Positions 1-9,452 of a stretch of DNA of 64,000 bases are shown here, one piece after another (the first letter of the stretch is position 1; every line of letters starts with the position of its first letter). The notes below the pieces were generated by a model. It was not told where the DNA came from and ran no database searches. It saw only the letters and a program-made list of their open reading frames with translations. Where the stretch lies: the IMG/VR virus record IMGVR_UViG_3300025864_000013. One strand, given 5' to 3'. The stretch is from an uncultured virus (IMG/VR IMGVR_UViG_3300025864_000013). Its lineage: Duplodnaviria; Heunggongvirae; Uroviricota; Caudoviricetes. Position numbers and translations under genes: made by a program.

Positions 1-30
1 CCTTGTTTTTTCTTCCGACTTCGCCCCAGA

Positions 31-53
31 TAATTTAGAATCATTCTATTGTC
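31..53. promoter_or_regulatory. partial copy of repeated near-palindromic operator
   Basis: taatttagaatcattctatt resembles the boxes at 13001, 44242 and 48338; lies upstream of the first operon. Confidence 0.4.
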
Positions 54-121
54 AATTCCTTTGGTGTTCTTTTTTTTTCTTTTTACATTGCAGAGATTTT
101 CTACCTCTTAACTGCTTACGC

Positions 122-952
122 ATGAAAATTATCCGGGTATTTCCCAGAAGAACGAATGCTACTCCCTGTGATGAAAATGTAATCATAAACCGGATGCCTG
201 TACTTTGGGATGAAGCTGACCAAATTCATATCTCAGTTGCTTTTACATGGGATATTCCTAGGGTAGAAAAATTGGCCTTTATGTGGCAATCAGTAGCACC
301 AGTTATGATCGGAGGGCCAGCACTTAATGAAGCTGGTCTAAACTTCGAACCAGGAATGTACTTAAAAGAAGGATATACAATTACATCAAGAGGGTGTAAT
401 AACCAATGTTGGTTTTGTTCTGTTTGGAAGAGAGAACCAGGCGTAAGAGAACTTAAGATAAAAGATGGTTGGAATATTATGGACGATAACATTCTTGCCT
501 GTTCTGATCAGCATATAAAAGACGTTTTTGAAATGCTTAAAAATCAAAAACATCCTATTTCTTTTACAGGGGGAATTGAAGCTAAACTATTAAAACCGTG
601 GCATGTTGATTTATTTAATTCTATACGGATGAAAGAATTGTTTTGTGCTTATGATACCCCTGACGATTATGAACCTCTAATTAATGCTGGAAAGCTGTTT
701 AAAGAGGCTAATATCACTATGAAAAATCGAAAGGCTCGTTGCTATGTACTTATAGGCTATCCTGGAGATTCCTTCACAGGCGCATTAAAAAGAATACAGC
801 AAACAATAGATGCTGGGTTCTTTCCTTTTGCTATGCTTTGGAGAAATAACAAAGGGGAATTTGAGAGAGAATGGAAAAAATTTCAACGACAATGGGCAAA
901 TCCAATTATCACAGCGGTTAATTGTAAAAAATATAAACACTTAATAATATGA
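122..952 (+). CDS. radical SAM protein
   Basis: SRGCNNQCWFC CxxxCxxC motif; DDN and GG motifs downstream. Confidence 0.85.
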   Translation: MKIIRVFPRRTNATPCDENVIINRMPVLWDEADQIHISVAFTWDIPRVEKLAFMWQSVAPVMIGGPALNEAGLNFEPGMYLKEGYTITSRGCNNQCWFCSVWKREPGVRELKIKDGWNIMDDNILACSDQHIKDVFEMLKNQKHPISFTGGIEAKLLKPWHVDLFNSIRMKELFCAYDTPDDYEPLINAGKLFKEANITMKNRKARCYVLIGYPGDSFTGALKRIQQTIDAGFFPFAMLWRNNKGEFEREWKKFQRQWANPIITAVNCKKYKHLII

Positions 953-1830
953 CTAAGCGTAAAACAAAATCTAAACCGGTTAAGGGCCATCCTGCAGGTT
1001 ATCGAGTGTTTATGTCTGGCTTTGCAGGCTATGCACGGGAAAATGGCATAAAAATACATGGAGGAAGAGGTTCTTTTGCTAAAAAGGCTGGTGAGGTATG
1101 GAAGGATCTAAAGGGGAAACCTAAATGGGAAGAGCATTTAGATGTTATTCTCCCTCCTTATCTTGAAAAAGAGGAAGGATCTACTCCAATATCCCCTACA
1201 AATAGACTCCTTGCTGTTATTGAGGAATTTGGAGCTGAACAATATGAATGGTGGAATATCAAAAATTTCTATGGTCTATGGTCTGAGAGTTTAAATATCA
1301 TCCCGGATAAGGATCGCTTATTAGTCTTAATGGATGATACAGAAGATGTGATTGAATTAAAAACAGACTTTGATGCTTTTGGCCTTTACAATGCCTATCG
1401 AGATATGCCAGAGAATAATGACAGTGATACTGCTTCGTTTTTAAGATTTGAAGATGCAGTTGTTAATGATGATGGAGGGATTGACCTCTCTTTTATCTCA
1501 CAGAATGCAGAAACTTTCATGAGACACCTGCATAGCAAAACGAGCTTTGATTGGAGCAAAAAAGTAAAAGAACAATACTCGTTACAGAAAGAATCCATCG
1601 GGAGCAAGGGGGCTGCTAAGATCGCACGTACCCGCGTTAATATTAGAGCCGCAGTTAGACAAGAAGCCAAAGCAATATCAAGACCAGGCGATATGAAAAG
1701 AGCACAAGAAAGCATTAAAAAGCTAACTGAGCTTAATAAGGCTATTAATCGGTTAGACGAACAATACGACACTGGTAAAATAACAAAAACCGAATACAAA
1801 AAATATCTTAAAAACCTTTATAAATTTTAA
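949..1830 (+). CDS. polymerase-partner protein, copy 1 (basic N-terminus, SHOCT-like C-terminus)
   Basis: paralog of 13169..13948; ends LNKAINRLDEQYDTGKITKTEYKKYLK. Confidence 0.7.
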   Translation: MTKRKTKSKPVKGHPAGYRVFMSGFAGYARENGIKIHGGRGSFAKKAGEVWKDLKGKPKWEEHLDVILPPYLEKEEGSTPISPTNRLLAVIEEFGAEQYEWWNIKNFYGLWSESLNIIPDKDRLLVLMDDTEDVIELKTDFDAFGLYNAYRDMPENNDSDTASFLRFEDAVVNDDGGIDLSFISQNAETFMRHLHSKTSFDWSKKVKEQYSLQKESIGSKGAAKIARTRVNIRAAVRQEAKAISRPGDMKRAQESIKKLTELNKAINRLDEQYDTGKITKTEYKKYLKNLYKF

Positions 1831-1832
1831 TT

Positions 1833-2687
1833 ATGGCTAATGTACTTGAAAAGTTCAATCAGCAAATGGGCCAGTTTTCTAAAATTAAAAATGTCTACTG
1901 TAAAAACAATATGACTTTTGACCTTTTCTATTCTGGAAATATCATAAAAGTTGAATTTGAAGATGGAAAAATAAAAAGATTTGGCCAGTTTAAAAGGAAG
2001 GAAGGTATGTTTTTAGCAAAAGTAACGAATAAAGTCGTTAAGCAGCGCATTGAGTCTGGTGAATATACCCCCAAAAATACAGATCCTATGCGGTACCGGA
2101 ATAATACAATTATGTATTCCTCTGAAATGATAAAAGAAAACCTATTTCAACCATGTGTTTCTGTTGATATTACAGGCTGTTATTGGCAGACGGCATACAA
2201 TCTTGGCATAATTGATGAAAAAACATATCTTATAGGCACTTCTAAAGATAGAGAATACAAAGATGCTCGCAATATTTCGATAGGTTCTATTGGTGCTTTA
2301 CTCACGCACGAAAAGTATGTTAATGGAGAGTTGATTTTGTCTGATAAATCCAGAAAGTTTGGTGCATGTGCCAGGTTAGACATAATTGATCACGTCTGGC
2401 TTATGGCAAACAGGATCGCCAGCAATCTTGGATCAGACTTTTTAATGTATCTTACGGATTGTTTTTTTGTCCCAGAACATCGCTTAAAAGATTTATGTGA
2501 CTATATCGAAGCTGAAGGCTATAAATGGAAGGCTGAAAGATGTCAATTTGGAGAAATAAGGCCAATGCACTCAGGCGTTGATAAAAATGGGAATAGAACT
2601 TTTACAGAAAAGGTTTTCTGGTTTAATGTTGAAAAAGATAAAGTAAAGTTTCATGATTTTTCACATGTTCACAACCATGCATTCTAG
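1833..2687 (+). CDS. minimal family-B-like DNA polymerase/nucleotidyltransferase, copy 1
   Basis: VDITGCYW (motif A-like), ARNISIG (motif B-like), YLTDCFF (motif C-like); no exonuclease domain. Confidence 0.6.
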   Translation: MANVLEKFNQQMGQFSKIKNVYCKNNMTFDLFYSGNIIKVEFEDGKIKRFGQFKRKEGMFLAKVTNKVVKQRIESGEYTPKNTDPMRYRNNTIMYSSEMIKENLFQPCVSVDITGCYWQTAYNLGIIDEKTYLIGTSKDREYKDARNISIGSIGALLTHEKYVNGELILSDKSRKFGACARLDIIDHVWLMANRIASNLGSDFLMYLTDCFFVPEHRLKDLCDYIEAEGYKWKAERCQFGEIRPMHSGVDKNGNRTFTEKVFWFNVEKDKVKFHDFSHVHNHAF

Positions 2688-2723
2688 TAGTATGTGAGCC
2701 AGCTAATAATTAAATCATAACCA

Positions 2724-3212
2724 ATGGAACCAAAGAAAGAATTATTATCAAAGTTTTTTGCAAAAGCAAGAATAGTAAATGACTCAGATCTTAATGAACT
2801 ATTAAAACTCGATGATATTTGGAAGGGTGTGTATGAAGAACATCGAATTAAAAAAGACTTTTATCAGGCAGAGCTATTAGCAAATCAGGCTGTAATTGAA
2901 TCGGTTCAACCCCTTCCAGAAGCAGGAGAGGAAGAAAATAATTTCAAAAATAGCCCTATTCATAATAAACTTGCTATAATCTCTTTAATGGACAAATTAT
3001 ATCCTGAACAAATGATCGAGGTAGTTGACTTATTACAGAAGATTAAGTCTACTCAAGATAAAGAACCCGATAACACAGAACAGTCAGATGCCTATTACGA
3101 ACGTGATAAGTTGTTTGAACGAAATGTAGAAACCTGTATTTGTGATATACCATACTTTCCTACAGGAGACATAAAGCATTGTAGTAAATGCGGTAAGAAA
3201 ACAATATATTAG
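2724..3212 (+). CDS. hypothetical protein with C-terminal Cys cluster
   Basis: ORF track; CIC...HCSKCG. Confidence 0.6.
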   Translation: MEPKKELLSKFFAKARIVNDSDLNELLKLDDIWKGVYEEHRIKKDFYQAELLANQAVIESVQPLPEAGEEENNFKNSPIHNKLAIISLMDKLYPEQMIEVVDLLQKIKSTQDKEPDNTEQSDAYYERDKLFERNVETCICDIPYFPTGDIKHCSKCGKKTIY

Positions 3213-3239
3213 TTTAGGAAACCTTTATAAAAAGATAAC

Positions 3240-3413
3240 ATGAGAACAATTGCTTATTTTAAAAAGAAACGTATAGGATACGGAGAAACAAAAATACTTA
3301 ATACAGATTATCAAATTATTTTTAAATTACAATCTACTCAAGACATAAGTCAAAAAGATAAAAATGAGATATTCTCAGCAATTGAGCAAATTGTAGAATC
3401 TAAAATTAAGTAA
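3240..3413 (+). CDS. small hypothetical protein (not in ORF track)
   Basis: ATG 3240 to TAA 3413, MRTIAYFKKK...; fills the gap between neighbouring genes. Confidence 0.5.
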   Translation: MRTIAYFKKKRIGYGETKILNTDYQIIFKLQSTQDISQKDKNEIFSAIEQIVESKIK

Positions 3414-3415
3414 TC

Positions 3416-3637
3416 ATGGAAGCAAATACACCAATATCTAATAGAGAATTAAGAGAGGCTTATGTATTATTCTCAAAAGAAGAGCTTATTACTGTTCTTA
3501 TTGGCAAACATGATTACCAGAAGGTAATTTATGCCGGAGGTTCGGGGGATGAAGAAAGGTGGCCACAGGAAGGAATTGAAGAAGTGAAAAATAATTTTAA
3601 ACAAGAGGAAATAAACAGGCTCGGACGGCCTTTATAA
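3416..3637 (+). CDS. hypothetical protein
   Basis: ORF track, tightly packed. Confidence 0.55.
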   Translation: MEANTPISNRELREAYVLFSKEELITVLIGKHDYQKVIYAGGSGDEERWPQEGIEEVKNNFKQEEINRLGRPL

Positions 3638-3755
3638 AATCCATTAAGAATATGAAACAGATATTTAGTATTTCAAAAGCAGGCAGTGGAACAAAAGGAG
3701 GATCAAGTTATCCCTCTGGGCCACATCCTCCAAGCGGTGGAAAGGGAGGTAAATA

Positions 3756-3998
3756 ATGAGTTGGTCTATTTACAAATCAGGGACACCCGAAGAGGTTGTC
3801 AAAGCTCTTGAAGAACATAGTAACACTATTTCTGATCAGAGTAAAGAAGAATATGATTCTACTCTTCCACATCTTGTTGCTCTTATAAAAGAGAATGTTG
3901 GTGGAAGTATTTATATTAATGCTACTGGCCATGGTGTGAAAAAAGTTGATGGTTCATTTGCTTATAAGAATTGCCAGGTAGACATAAAAAGAGTCTAA
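3756..3998 (+). CDS. hypothetical protein
   Basis: ORF track. Confidence 0.6.
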   Translation: MSWSIYKSGTPEEVVKALEEHSNTISDQSKEEYDSTLPHLVALIKENVGGSIYINATGHGVKKVDGSFAYKNCQVDIKRV

Positions 3999-4003
3999 AC
4001 ATC

Positions 4004-4042
4004 AAATCACTGACTTTGCTTTATGTGAGGTCAGTGGTTTTT
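4004..4042 (+). terminator. intrinsic terminator-like hairpin
   Basis: aaatcactgactt ... aggtcagtggttt followed by T residues. Confidence 0.55.
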
Positions 4043-4054
4043 AAAACTTGTAAA

Positions 4055-4261
4055 ATGGGAAATATATTTAATAGTAGAACTCCTGATAGCGGAATTTACA
4101 CAAAAGGATTTAAAGGTAAAGGAATGTGTTCTCACTGTAATTTCAGCCAAAACTATCCACAAGAAGAATATCAAAATCAACTTTATTGCAACTGGTATAA
4201 TTCAGCCTGTAAGTTAGTAAGTAGAAATTGTCTGGGGATTATGTCATTAAAACTAAAATAG
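4055..4261 (+). CDS. Cys-rich hypothetical protein
   Basis: ATG at 4055 after the hairpin; CSHC...C...C. Confidence 0.5.
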   Translation: MGNIFNSRTPDSGIYTKGFKGKGMCSHCNFSQNYPQEEYQNQLYCNWYNSACKLVSRNCLGIMSLKLK

Positions 4262-4283
4262 TATATCAGTTAATTATAAAAGA

Positions 4284-4529
4284 ATGAAGATACATTTTGA
4301 ATTTAATTTCTGGTTATGGCTTTGTAGACTTTCTTACAGAAGAATGAAAGTATGGGAAGTTAAACTACCTATGGGAATACCCGGAATGCGTGACCCTAAT
4401 AATAAATGTCCGGGATATGCACCAAGAAAACATATTGCAGGCGATGCTCTTGCTGATTGTGAATCAGACGGACACTATCTATGCAATGAATGTGCCTTTA
4501 AAAATAAAGGGGAATCTATAAATAGTTAA
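4284..4529 (+). CDS. Cys-rich hypothetical protein
   Basis: ORF track; CESDGHYLCNEC. Confidence 0.55.
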   Translation: MKIHFEFNFWLWLCRLSYRRMKVWEVKLPMGIPGMRDPNNKCPGYAPRKHIAGDALADCESDGHYLCNECAFKNKGESINS

Positions 4530-4541
4530 TCGTAAAAGAAA

Positions 4542-4967
4542 ATGGCAATATTAAACTATACAACATCAATTTCGAGCGAAAAGTCAATCGCTGAAATTCA
4601 GAAATGCTTAGTTAAGCATGGGGCCAATAAAATAGTTACAGATTATGAAAATAACTCTCCCTCTGCTGTTACTTTCTGTCTGACGCTAAATGGTAATATG
4701 GTAGGATTTGCGCTTCCTGCAAATTATATGGGTGTATTAAATGCTATGAAAAAAGATAGAAAAATACCGCGTTCAAAATGTACAGAAGAGCAGGCGCAGA
4801 GAGTTGCGTGGAGAATTATAAAAGATTGGGTGGAGGCACAAATGGCTATTGTGGAGGCTCAACTTGCTGATGTTACAGAGGTATTTCTACCATACGCAAT
4901 TACAAAAAGTGGAACAACTTTATACAAAGAAGTCCAAAACAATGGTATGTTAATGTTAAATAGTTAG
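4542..4967 (+). CDS. phage-type hypothetical protein
   Basis: NYTT...QAQRVAWRIIKDWVEAQMA...EVFLPY resembles a widespread phage family. Confidence 0.7.
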   Translation: MAILNYTTSISSEKSIAEIQKCLVKHGANKIVTDYENNSPSAVTFCLTLNGNMVGFALPANYMGVLNAMKKDRKIPRSKCTEEQAQRVAWRIIKDWVEAQMAIVEAQLADVTEVFLPYAITKSGTTLYKEVQNNGMLMLNS

Positions 4968-4992
4968 TTAAGTTAAAATAAAAGCAAAGAAG

Positions 4993-5208
4993 ATGGATCT
5001 TAAAAAAATTAAATCTGAAATGATTAAATATCGTGATTTCTATGGAGGTGATATTAGCGATACAAAAGCAATTAATGATGCAAAAACCGAAAAGGAACTA
5101 GCAGAAATACTTGATTTACATGGCAGGTTCCTTGATGATATGCTGTGTGATGCTCAGAGTCATCTGGATAATTTTAAAAAGAAGGTTGGGCTAAGCATAA
5201 TTCCGTAG
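4993..5208 (+). CDS. hypothetical protein
   Basis: ORF track. Confidence 0.55.
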   Translation: MDLKKIKSEMIKYRDFYGGDISDTKAINDAKTEKELAEILDLHGRFLDDMLCDAQSHLDNFKKKVGLSIIP

Positions 5209-5240
5209 TGTGTTTTTTGAAACAAGTAAATCATAAGAAG

Positions 5241-5651
5241 ATGAAGCCTGTAAAACAAAAATATTTGCATGTACCTGATAAAGTAAATGGGGATTGCTGG
5301 AGGGCTGCGATCGCTTCGGTAATTGAATGTGATATAGAAGATTTACCTATACCAATTATCGAAGAATCTTGGAGTGAATATTGCCTAAAGATGGATATTA
5401 AATTGGCAGAAATGGGATGGGAAAATATTCAATATCCTGTTAGATGTGTTACCGAAGGAATGTTATCTTCTCCTGATACAGATGGGTATGTTTTGGCACT
5501 TGGTAAAAGTCCTAGATTTAGTGGAACTGGAAGAATCAATCATTATATAGTTTGGAAAAACGGAATGGTTCATGATCCGCATCCAGAAAATAAAGGAATT
5601 TTAGATATTATTGATTTTGAGATATTAAGAAAAATTAACACCAATAAATAA
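5241..5651 (+). CDS. putative papain-like (C39-related) peptidase
   Basis: GDCWRAAIAS...NHYIVW...HDP gives Cys-His-Asp in order; ATG 5241 chosen as start. Confidence 0.5.
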   Translation: MKPVKQKYLHVPDKVNGDCWRAAIASVIECDIEDLPIPIIEESWSEYCLKMDIKLAEMGWENIQYPVRCVTEGMLSSPDTDGYVLALGKSPRFSGTGRINHYIVWKNGMVHDPHPENKGILDIIDFEILRKINTNK

Positions 5652-5658
5652 TAAGAAG

Positions 5659-6018
5659 ATGAAAAGTAAAGAAATAAACTCTCTTAAAAAGTTAATTGAG
5701 CTTCTTGAGTCTAATGGTTCTTTAGGTATTAATATTGGACATGTAATTGAAGATGTTAGGGTAAACGGATGGCAGCGTAAAGTGTCTATATTAGACGTTT
5801 ATAAGTCCACACAAGAACTTAAAAGGACTTTAAAATTAAAAAGAATGTCTATTATTCAAGATGAAAGAATAATCTTCAAAATTTTGGGGATGTTTAAGAA
5901 ATATAAAATTTGCCCTAATTGTAATGGAGAAAAAGGCACTTTATATGAAAAATATAATCCTCATCAACATTGGGAAGATTGTTTTTTTTGTAAAGGGATT
6001 GGATTAACCCTCAAATAA
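5659..6018 (+). CDS. hypothetical protein with DnaJ-like zinc finger
   Basis: CPNCNG...CFFCKG. Confidence 0.6.
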   Translation: MKSKEINSLKKLIELLESNGSLGINIGHVIEDVRVNGWQRKVSILDVYKSTQELKRTLKLKRMSIIQDERIIFKILGMFKKYKICPNCNGEKGTLYEKYNPHQHWEDCFFCKGIGLTLK

Positions 6019-6025
6019 CAGCAAT

Positions 6026-6262
6026 ATGAACAACTGGAAATATTTAAAAAAGGATCAGTCTGAAATTACATGTAAATCGGATACTCAGGATATAGGTAAC
6101 TCAGAATATTATGGATGTTGCAATAACTGTCCGTTTGTAAATGGGAAATATGGTGATCATTATACGACCGATAAAATTTGGTGTTCTTGTCCTGTTTCTA
6201 TCAAAAAAGGACAAACTATCGAAATATCTGAAATTAAAAAATACCGTTTTATTATCAAATAA
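6026..6262 (+). CDS. Cys-rich hypothetical protein
   Basis: ORF track. Confidence 0.5.
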   Translation: MNNWKYLKKDQSEITCKSDTQDIGNSEYYGCCNNCPFVNGKYGDHYTTDKIWCSCPVSIKKGQTIEISEIKKYRFIIK

Positions 6263-6282
6263 CAACAACTAAGAAGAAAGAG

Positions 6283-6657
6283 ATGAGAGAGATAAAATTC
6301 AGAGCAAAAATAAAAGGAGATGCAGGTATTTATACTGTATGGGGCATAGATTGGCTTCAGGGAAAAGCAATGATTGAACGTGCTTGCGGTAATGAATTAG
6401 TGCCATTTGAAAAGATTGAAGCATTTTTAGAATTCACCGGACTAAAGGATAAAAACTCAAAGGACATATACGAGGGTGATATAATTAAAACTCAAACCGA
6501 TAAAAATATGAAAATTGGTTGGTCTGATAAATTTGCATCATTTATTATTGAGCGTGAAGGATGGGCTTTTCAGCACTGGTTTGGCGAGGCTTGTAGTTCT
6601 AGTGATTGTGAAGTTATTGGAAACATCTATAAGAACCCCGAACTGATTAAATCATAA
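6283..6657 (+). CDS. yopX: YopX family protein
   Basis: MREIKFRA...FTGLKDKN..DIYEGDII...EVIGNIYKNPELI. Confidence 0.9.
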   Translation: MREIKFRAKIKGDAGIYTVWGIDWLQGKAMIERACGNELVPFEKIEAFLEFTGLKDKNSKDIYEGDIIKTQTDKNMKIGWSDKFASFIIEREGWAFQHWFGEACSSSDCEVIGNIYKNPELIKS

Positions 6658-6661
6658 CGAT

Positions 6662-6880
6662 ATGGAAGAGTTAACCATTGTCCGAAATAATTTAATGAAT
6701 GAACCAGGTTATTCTGGATATTGTGGTAATGAGATTCCAAGACGTAGCCCTAGTGGCTGTAGTTGGCCCAGGACTAAATGGGATGCAACTAAAAATCAAT
6801 TTGTTTGCCCAGAGTGCGGATGGGTATCTCAATATCCTGATGATTTTATTAAGAGATATAAAGATAAATGGGAAAAATAA
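6662..6880 (+). CDS. zinc-ribbon hypothetical protein
   Basis: YCG...C...CPECG. Confidence 0.6.
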   Translation: MEELTIVRNNLMNEPGYSGYCGNEIPRRSPSGCSWPRTKWDATKNQFVCPECGWVSQYPDDFIKRYKDKWEK

Positions 6881-6885
6881 TTATT

Positions 6886-7137
6886 ATGAAATACAAGCAT
6901 ATTGAAACAGAAAATAAAGTGATTGGCATTATCGGAGGCGGGGCCAGTATGGGTGTTGAAATTCTCAAAGCTGAATTAAATCATAGAGGGATTCCGATGT
7001 TGGTTATTGATTCGCCAGAAATAGCACCGCCAACATTATCAGCAAATGGCAATCCAATGATTTTTCATAGAACGCATGAATTGGTCAGGATTCCATTAAC
7101 TCGAAAAGAAAGAAGAAAACAAAAGCGTAAAAAATAA
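6886..7137 (+). CDS. hypothetical protein
   Basis: ORF track; ATG 6886 chosen as start. Confidence 0.5.
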   Translation: MKYKHIETENKVIGIIGGGASMGVEILKAELNHRGIPMLVIDSPEIAPPTLSANGNPMIFHRTHELVRIPLTRKERRKQKRKK

Positions 7138-7236
7138 TTTCTAGCTAATTATTAAGAATCAGTATAAATTATATCAAAGTATTGTTTATTCAAAATAACA
7201 ATTTTATCTTTCGGAAACAATTCAAACCTCAAAACT

Positions 7237-7587
7237 ATGAAATGCCCATATTCTGAAATACAATGTGTCTATCTGGAAACGGCAGGCATGAGCCAGGCAA
7301 AAGAATGTTCCACGTGTGAGCATAGAGATAAAGGTATTAGGTCTACCGGAGCAATGCCGGATCTTGGCCTTATCGAAAGACTAAAGAAACTATTCCGTAA
7401 AAAAGTTAAAATAAATGGCATTCTCGCTAATGGAAGGCATTGTAATGAATGTTATTTTGGCCATAGCGAAGGAGCCGGACAGTGGAGTTGTGATACGAAG
7501 CTACTAGAAAAATATAACCTTCCTGATTGTGTTTTTGATTTCCCAATTGATAGTAATGTAATTTATGTTAAAGACGATTTAAAATGA
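7237..7587 (+). CDS. Cys-rich hypothetical protein
   Basis: ORF track. Confidence 0.55.
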   Translation: MKCPYSEIQCVYLETAGMSQAKECSTCEHRDKGIRSTGAMPDLGLIERLKKLFRKKVKINGILANGRHCNECYFGHSEGAGQWSCDTKLLEKYNLPDCVFDFPIDSNVIYVKDDLK

Positions 7588-7931
7588 AGATACTCCGTCC
7601 TGTCCCGGCAAATAAGAGACTGCCTGCTATTTCTGAAGGGGTAGCTTGTATCGGGCCAATCCTGGTAAATTGTAAAATAAATAATAAGATAATAAAGTCT
7701 TATATTATTTTTACCCAAGCTGGATGGGATATGGTAGGTTATGACCGCAATGTTGAGAGAGAAGTTATTGAGTGGTATGAAGAGATTGAAATTGAATCGC
7801 TATTCCCTGATGAAGATAAAATTTATAATGCCGGAGAGGCTGCTACAAATAAACAATATCTGAAAACTATATTTTTTCAGGAAGGATCTAGTTATTTTAA
7901 GAACTACATATTAAAAAAGTTACAGAAATGA
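7584..7931 (+). CDS. hypothetical protein
   Basis: ORF track, ATGA overlap with previous gene. Confidence 0.6.
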   Translation: MKILRPVPANKRLPAISEGVACIGPILVNCKINNKIIKSYIIFTQAGWDMVGYDRNVEREVIEWYEEIEIESLFPDEDKIYNAGEAATNKQYLKTIFFQEGSSYFKNYILKKLQK

Positions 7932-8181
7932 AGCAGGATGGAATCATAAAAACAAAATGCCCTCACTGTGGCCATATAATTGTAATACCGGATTCGGTAA
8001 GAATCTATGTCTGTATCTGTGGAATTGAATATAAAATAATAAAAAAATAATAAAATGACACAAATCGCACCAACATTAATCCTTTTACTTATAGGTATCG
8101 CCTGTATGGTAATTGATAGGAAATGGATCGAACTGCCGAAAGGTAAATTTACCTTTGAAGAATTTTTTAAAGACTAATAAT

Positions 8182-8346
8182 ATGACACAAAAAGCTAATC
8201 TTCAAAGAACTTTTGCATATCTTAAAGATGCAAACCTATTCAATGGTGGATATGGGAAAATGGGACTTAAAGATTCTTTAACAAGAATGGAACAAAGAAG
8301 AAAATACAAAGATGTCGAAAGACACCCGCGTAAAAAAAATAAATAA
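8182..8346 (+). CDS. small basic hypothetical protein
   Basis: ATG 8182 within a track ORF. Confidence 0.4.
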   Translation: MTQKANLQRTFAYLKDANLFNGGYGKMGLKDSLTRMEQRRKYKDVERHPRKKNK

Positions 8347-8357
8347 AAGGAGCAATT

Positions 8358-8576
8358 ATGTGTGTGGGTATAATTTTAAAAGACGGAAGACATTTGCAAT
8401 CTATTGAAGAGATTGAGAAACACTTCTCCGTTAATTTGGAACCTTATTTAGAGTCATATTACCCGACAATTATGAGGAGCGCATGTTCCTGCCAGATTGA
8501 CCTTGACAGATTCATGAACGAGCCTGCCAGAAAAGACTTGTTTGAATACGACTATGTTGAATATTGGGAATTATGA
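8358..8576 (+). CDS. hypothetical protein
   Basis: ORF track. Confidence 0.55.
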   Translation: MCVGIILKDGRHLQSIEEIEKHFSVNLEPYLESYYPTIMRSACSCQIDLDRFMNEPARKDLFEYDYVEYWEL

Positions 8577-8818
8577 AAAAACGAGTTAAAACCGACGTTT
8601 GGAATATTGCTTCACTCGAAACAGAACTTAACGAGGCGATAATGAGTAGTACGCTACTTATTGCCCCTCCTTTCTGGCTCCAAGCGGGGACGACAATAAC
8701 AGATATTCATTTATTTGTCGAATCACACCTAACAACCATAAAACATAATAACGGCAATCCGGTTTTTGCGTCATACTTCGATAGATTAGTTAAATTTAAA
8801 AACATGATAACGAAATGA
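8573..8818 (+). CDS. hypothetical protein (Bacteroidota mobile-element type, DUF6965-like)
   Basis: TITDIHLFVESHL...FASYFDRL; ATGA overlap. Confidence 0.55.
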   Translation: MKKRVKTDVWNIASLETELNEAIMSSTLLIAPPFWLQAGTTITDIHLFVESHLTTIKHNNGNPVFASYFDRLVKFKNMITK

Positions 8819-8969
8819 AAACTCTCAATCTATATCTTAGGGATAATATTGGATCTCTACTGAAAATATCACTAAAGGATATTACAGAAATTCTCATTGT
8901 CGATGTTATTGAGAAAGATGAAGCGCATGAAAAGGAAACAATATTAAAAACAATTAAAATATCAGAACT

Positions 8970-9416
8970 ATGAAAAAACTAATCTTAATTTGTTTGTTAA
9001 TCGGAATGGCTTGTAGTATGCAGGCGCAAAATACTATTTCAATTGTTTATCATCCTACCGATATGGGAACAGGATTACGGTACGATAGGCAGATTCATTC
9101 TACAGGGCTTTATTTTGCTATAAGTAAAGGCAGGTATCACATAAGTGAGACAGAACAAATAAAGACTCACATTAAGACTGCGATAGGTTGTGTGAAGTAT
9201 CTAAAGGATGAATATAATGATTTTACACGTTCTTATATTTCAGCTGGGGTATCTTATCATTATTACAGCAGTCGACTCATTGACCTGCCTGATGAAGTTT
9301 ACTATCCTATCTCGTTCGACTTAGGATGCGGGGTAAAGTTTAAGAAAAAAATGATTGGATTTGTTTTTGACTTTTTAAAAAACGAAGGCGGACTTAATTT
9401 TGGAATTAATTTTTAA
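8970..9416 (+). CDS. outer-membrane beta-barrel protein with signal peptide
   Basis: MKKLILICLLIGMACSMQA signal, amphipathic strands, C-terminal GLNFGINF. Confidence 0.7.
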   Translation: MKKLILICLLIGMACSMQAQNTISIVYHPTDMGTGLRYDRQIHSTGLYFAISKGRYHISETEQIKTHIKTAIGCVKYLKDEYNDFTRSYISAGVSYHYYSSRLIDLPDEVYYPISFDLGCGVKFKKKMIGFVFDFLKNEGGLNFGINF

Positions 9417-9452
9417 CCATAACATCATTTTACTTTACGGAAAAAAATAGCT

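Noticed and set aside
1395..1799. Antisense ORFs in the track (e.g. 1395-1799, 10140-10604, 34681-35103, 47836-48324, 59864-60289)
   Set aside because: They shadow well-supported genes on the opposite strand and have no motifs.
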